From: Chiloscyllium plagiosum
Taxonomy: Eukaryota
DNA: 48,414 bases
Direction of reading: 5' to 3'
NCBI RefSeq assembly: GCF_004010195.1
Contig: NC_057750.1
Location: 17,704,859-17,753,272 of the forward strand
Of this stretch, positions 47,733 through 48,414 are shown piece after piece. Both the position numbers and the translations under genes were made by a program. The notes below the pieces were generated by a model. The model saw nothing but the letters and a program-made list of their open reading frames with translations, had not been told where the DNA came from and did not search any database. Every line of letters starts with the position of its first letter. Within the stretch, counting starts at the first letter, position 1.

Positions 47733-48414
47733 TATGCTGTTTTCCTTGGGGCAGTGAAGGTTGAGAGGGGACTTGACAAAGACTTGAGGGGTGTTGATAG
47801 GGTGGACAGGAAGGCACTTTTCCATTAGTAAAAGGGCCAATAACCAAAGATCATAGATGTAAGGTAAGAGGCCGATCGGTCGGTGGGAGTCTGGGGCTCA
47901 CTGCCTGAAAGGGCGTTGGAGACAGAAACTCTCGTAACACTTCAGCATTTGTTCGGTTGCAGTGTCATATCCTCCAGGACAAGGGCCAAGAGATGGAAAA
48001 TGGGGTGAATAGAGTCAGATCTTTGACCAGCATAGACCTGGCTGAATGGCCTCATGCCGTAAATATCGGATTCTGTGAACACTCCATTGTTTTGTACACT
48101 AGATCTTGATGCAGTGTGGTGGATATACATCCTTTTGACTGACCACAGCTTCATTTGCATAACCAGGATAGCATTATGCAAATTTAGAACATGTTCAGGA
48201 AGAATTGAGGAGCTGGAAGTTTGTATTTGCACCTGTAATAAAACACAATCATGCATATGGAATAAGTGCTGATTAAATGATTGATTTGCAGCTTGTCAAA
48301 GCAAACTTCATTCTGAGGGGGTTGGAAGAATGAACATAAATCTGCTTGAGTGAGTGAGTTTATGGCTTACTGTCGGTGTTTAAATCCTCTGATTTGTGTG
48401 TCACAAGCAGCACA

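Noticed and set aside
48360..48414. Possible upstream CAPNS1 exon ending at a gtaagc donor (minus strand)
   Set aside because: The translation is not Gly-rich or CAPNS-like and the window ends; a lone donor-like hexamer is insufficient.
4600..48414. Most 60-150 aa ORFs in the supplied track
   Set aside because: They are alternate-frame or antisense readings of SINE, LINE and Penelope sequence, or chance ORFs without splice or homology support.

Overview
Vertebrate genomic DNA, almost certainly a shark or other elasmobranch (many HE1-type tRNA/V-SINEs and HER1/CR1 LINEs). The window holds most of one host gene on the minus strand: calpain small regulatory subunit (CAPNS1-like). It has 9 coding exons from 42270 down to the stop at 10559, including a probable 19-nt micro-exon and a GT-AG U12 (minor spliceosome) intron. 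The Gly-rich 5' exon(s) were not found and probably lie beyond the right edge. Downstream of the gene (about 373-4580, minus strand) is the 5' half of a decayed endogenous retrovirus: LTR with TATA and AATAAA, tRNA-Ser-like PBS, long leader with ~90-bp repeats, gag (PTAP, MHR, Zn knuckle), protease and a YVDD RT resembling spuma-related/class III/loki-type RTs. A CR1 3' end abuts its pol. The introns are packed with CR1 LINEs, SINEs, a Tigger-like MITE, a Rex/Babar LINE, a Gypsy remnant, and several short palindromic Penelope-derived insertions with 12-15 bp target-site duplications and minimal hammerhead-ribozyme cores. Three N gaps all fall inside CR1 copies. Repeat boundaries are approximate; exon coordinates were read base by base.
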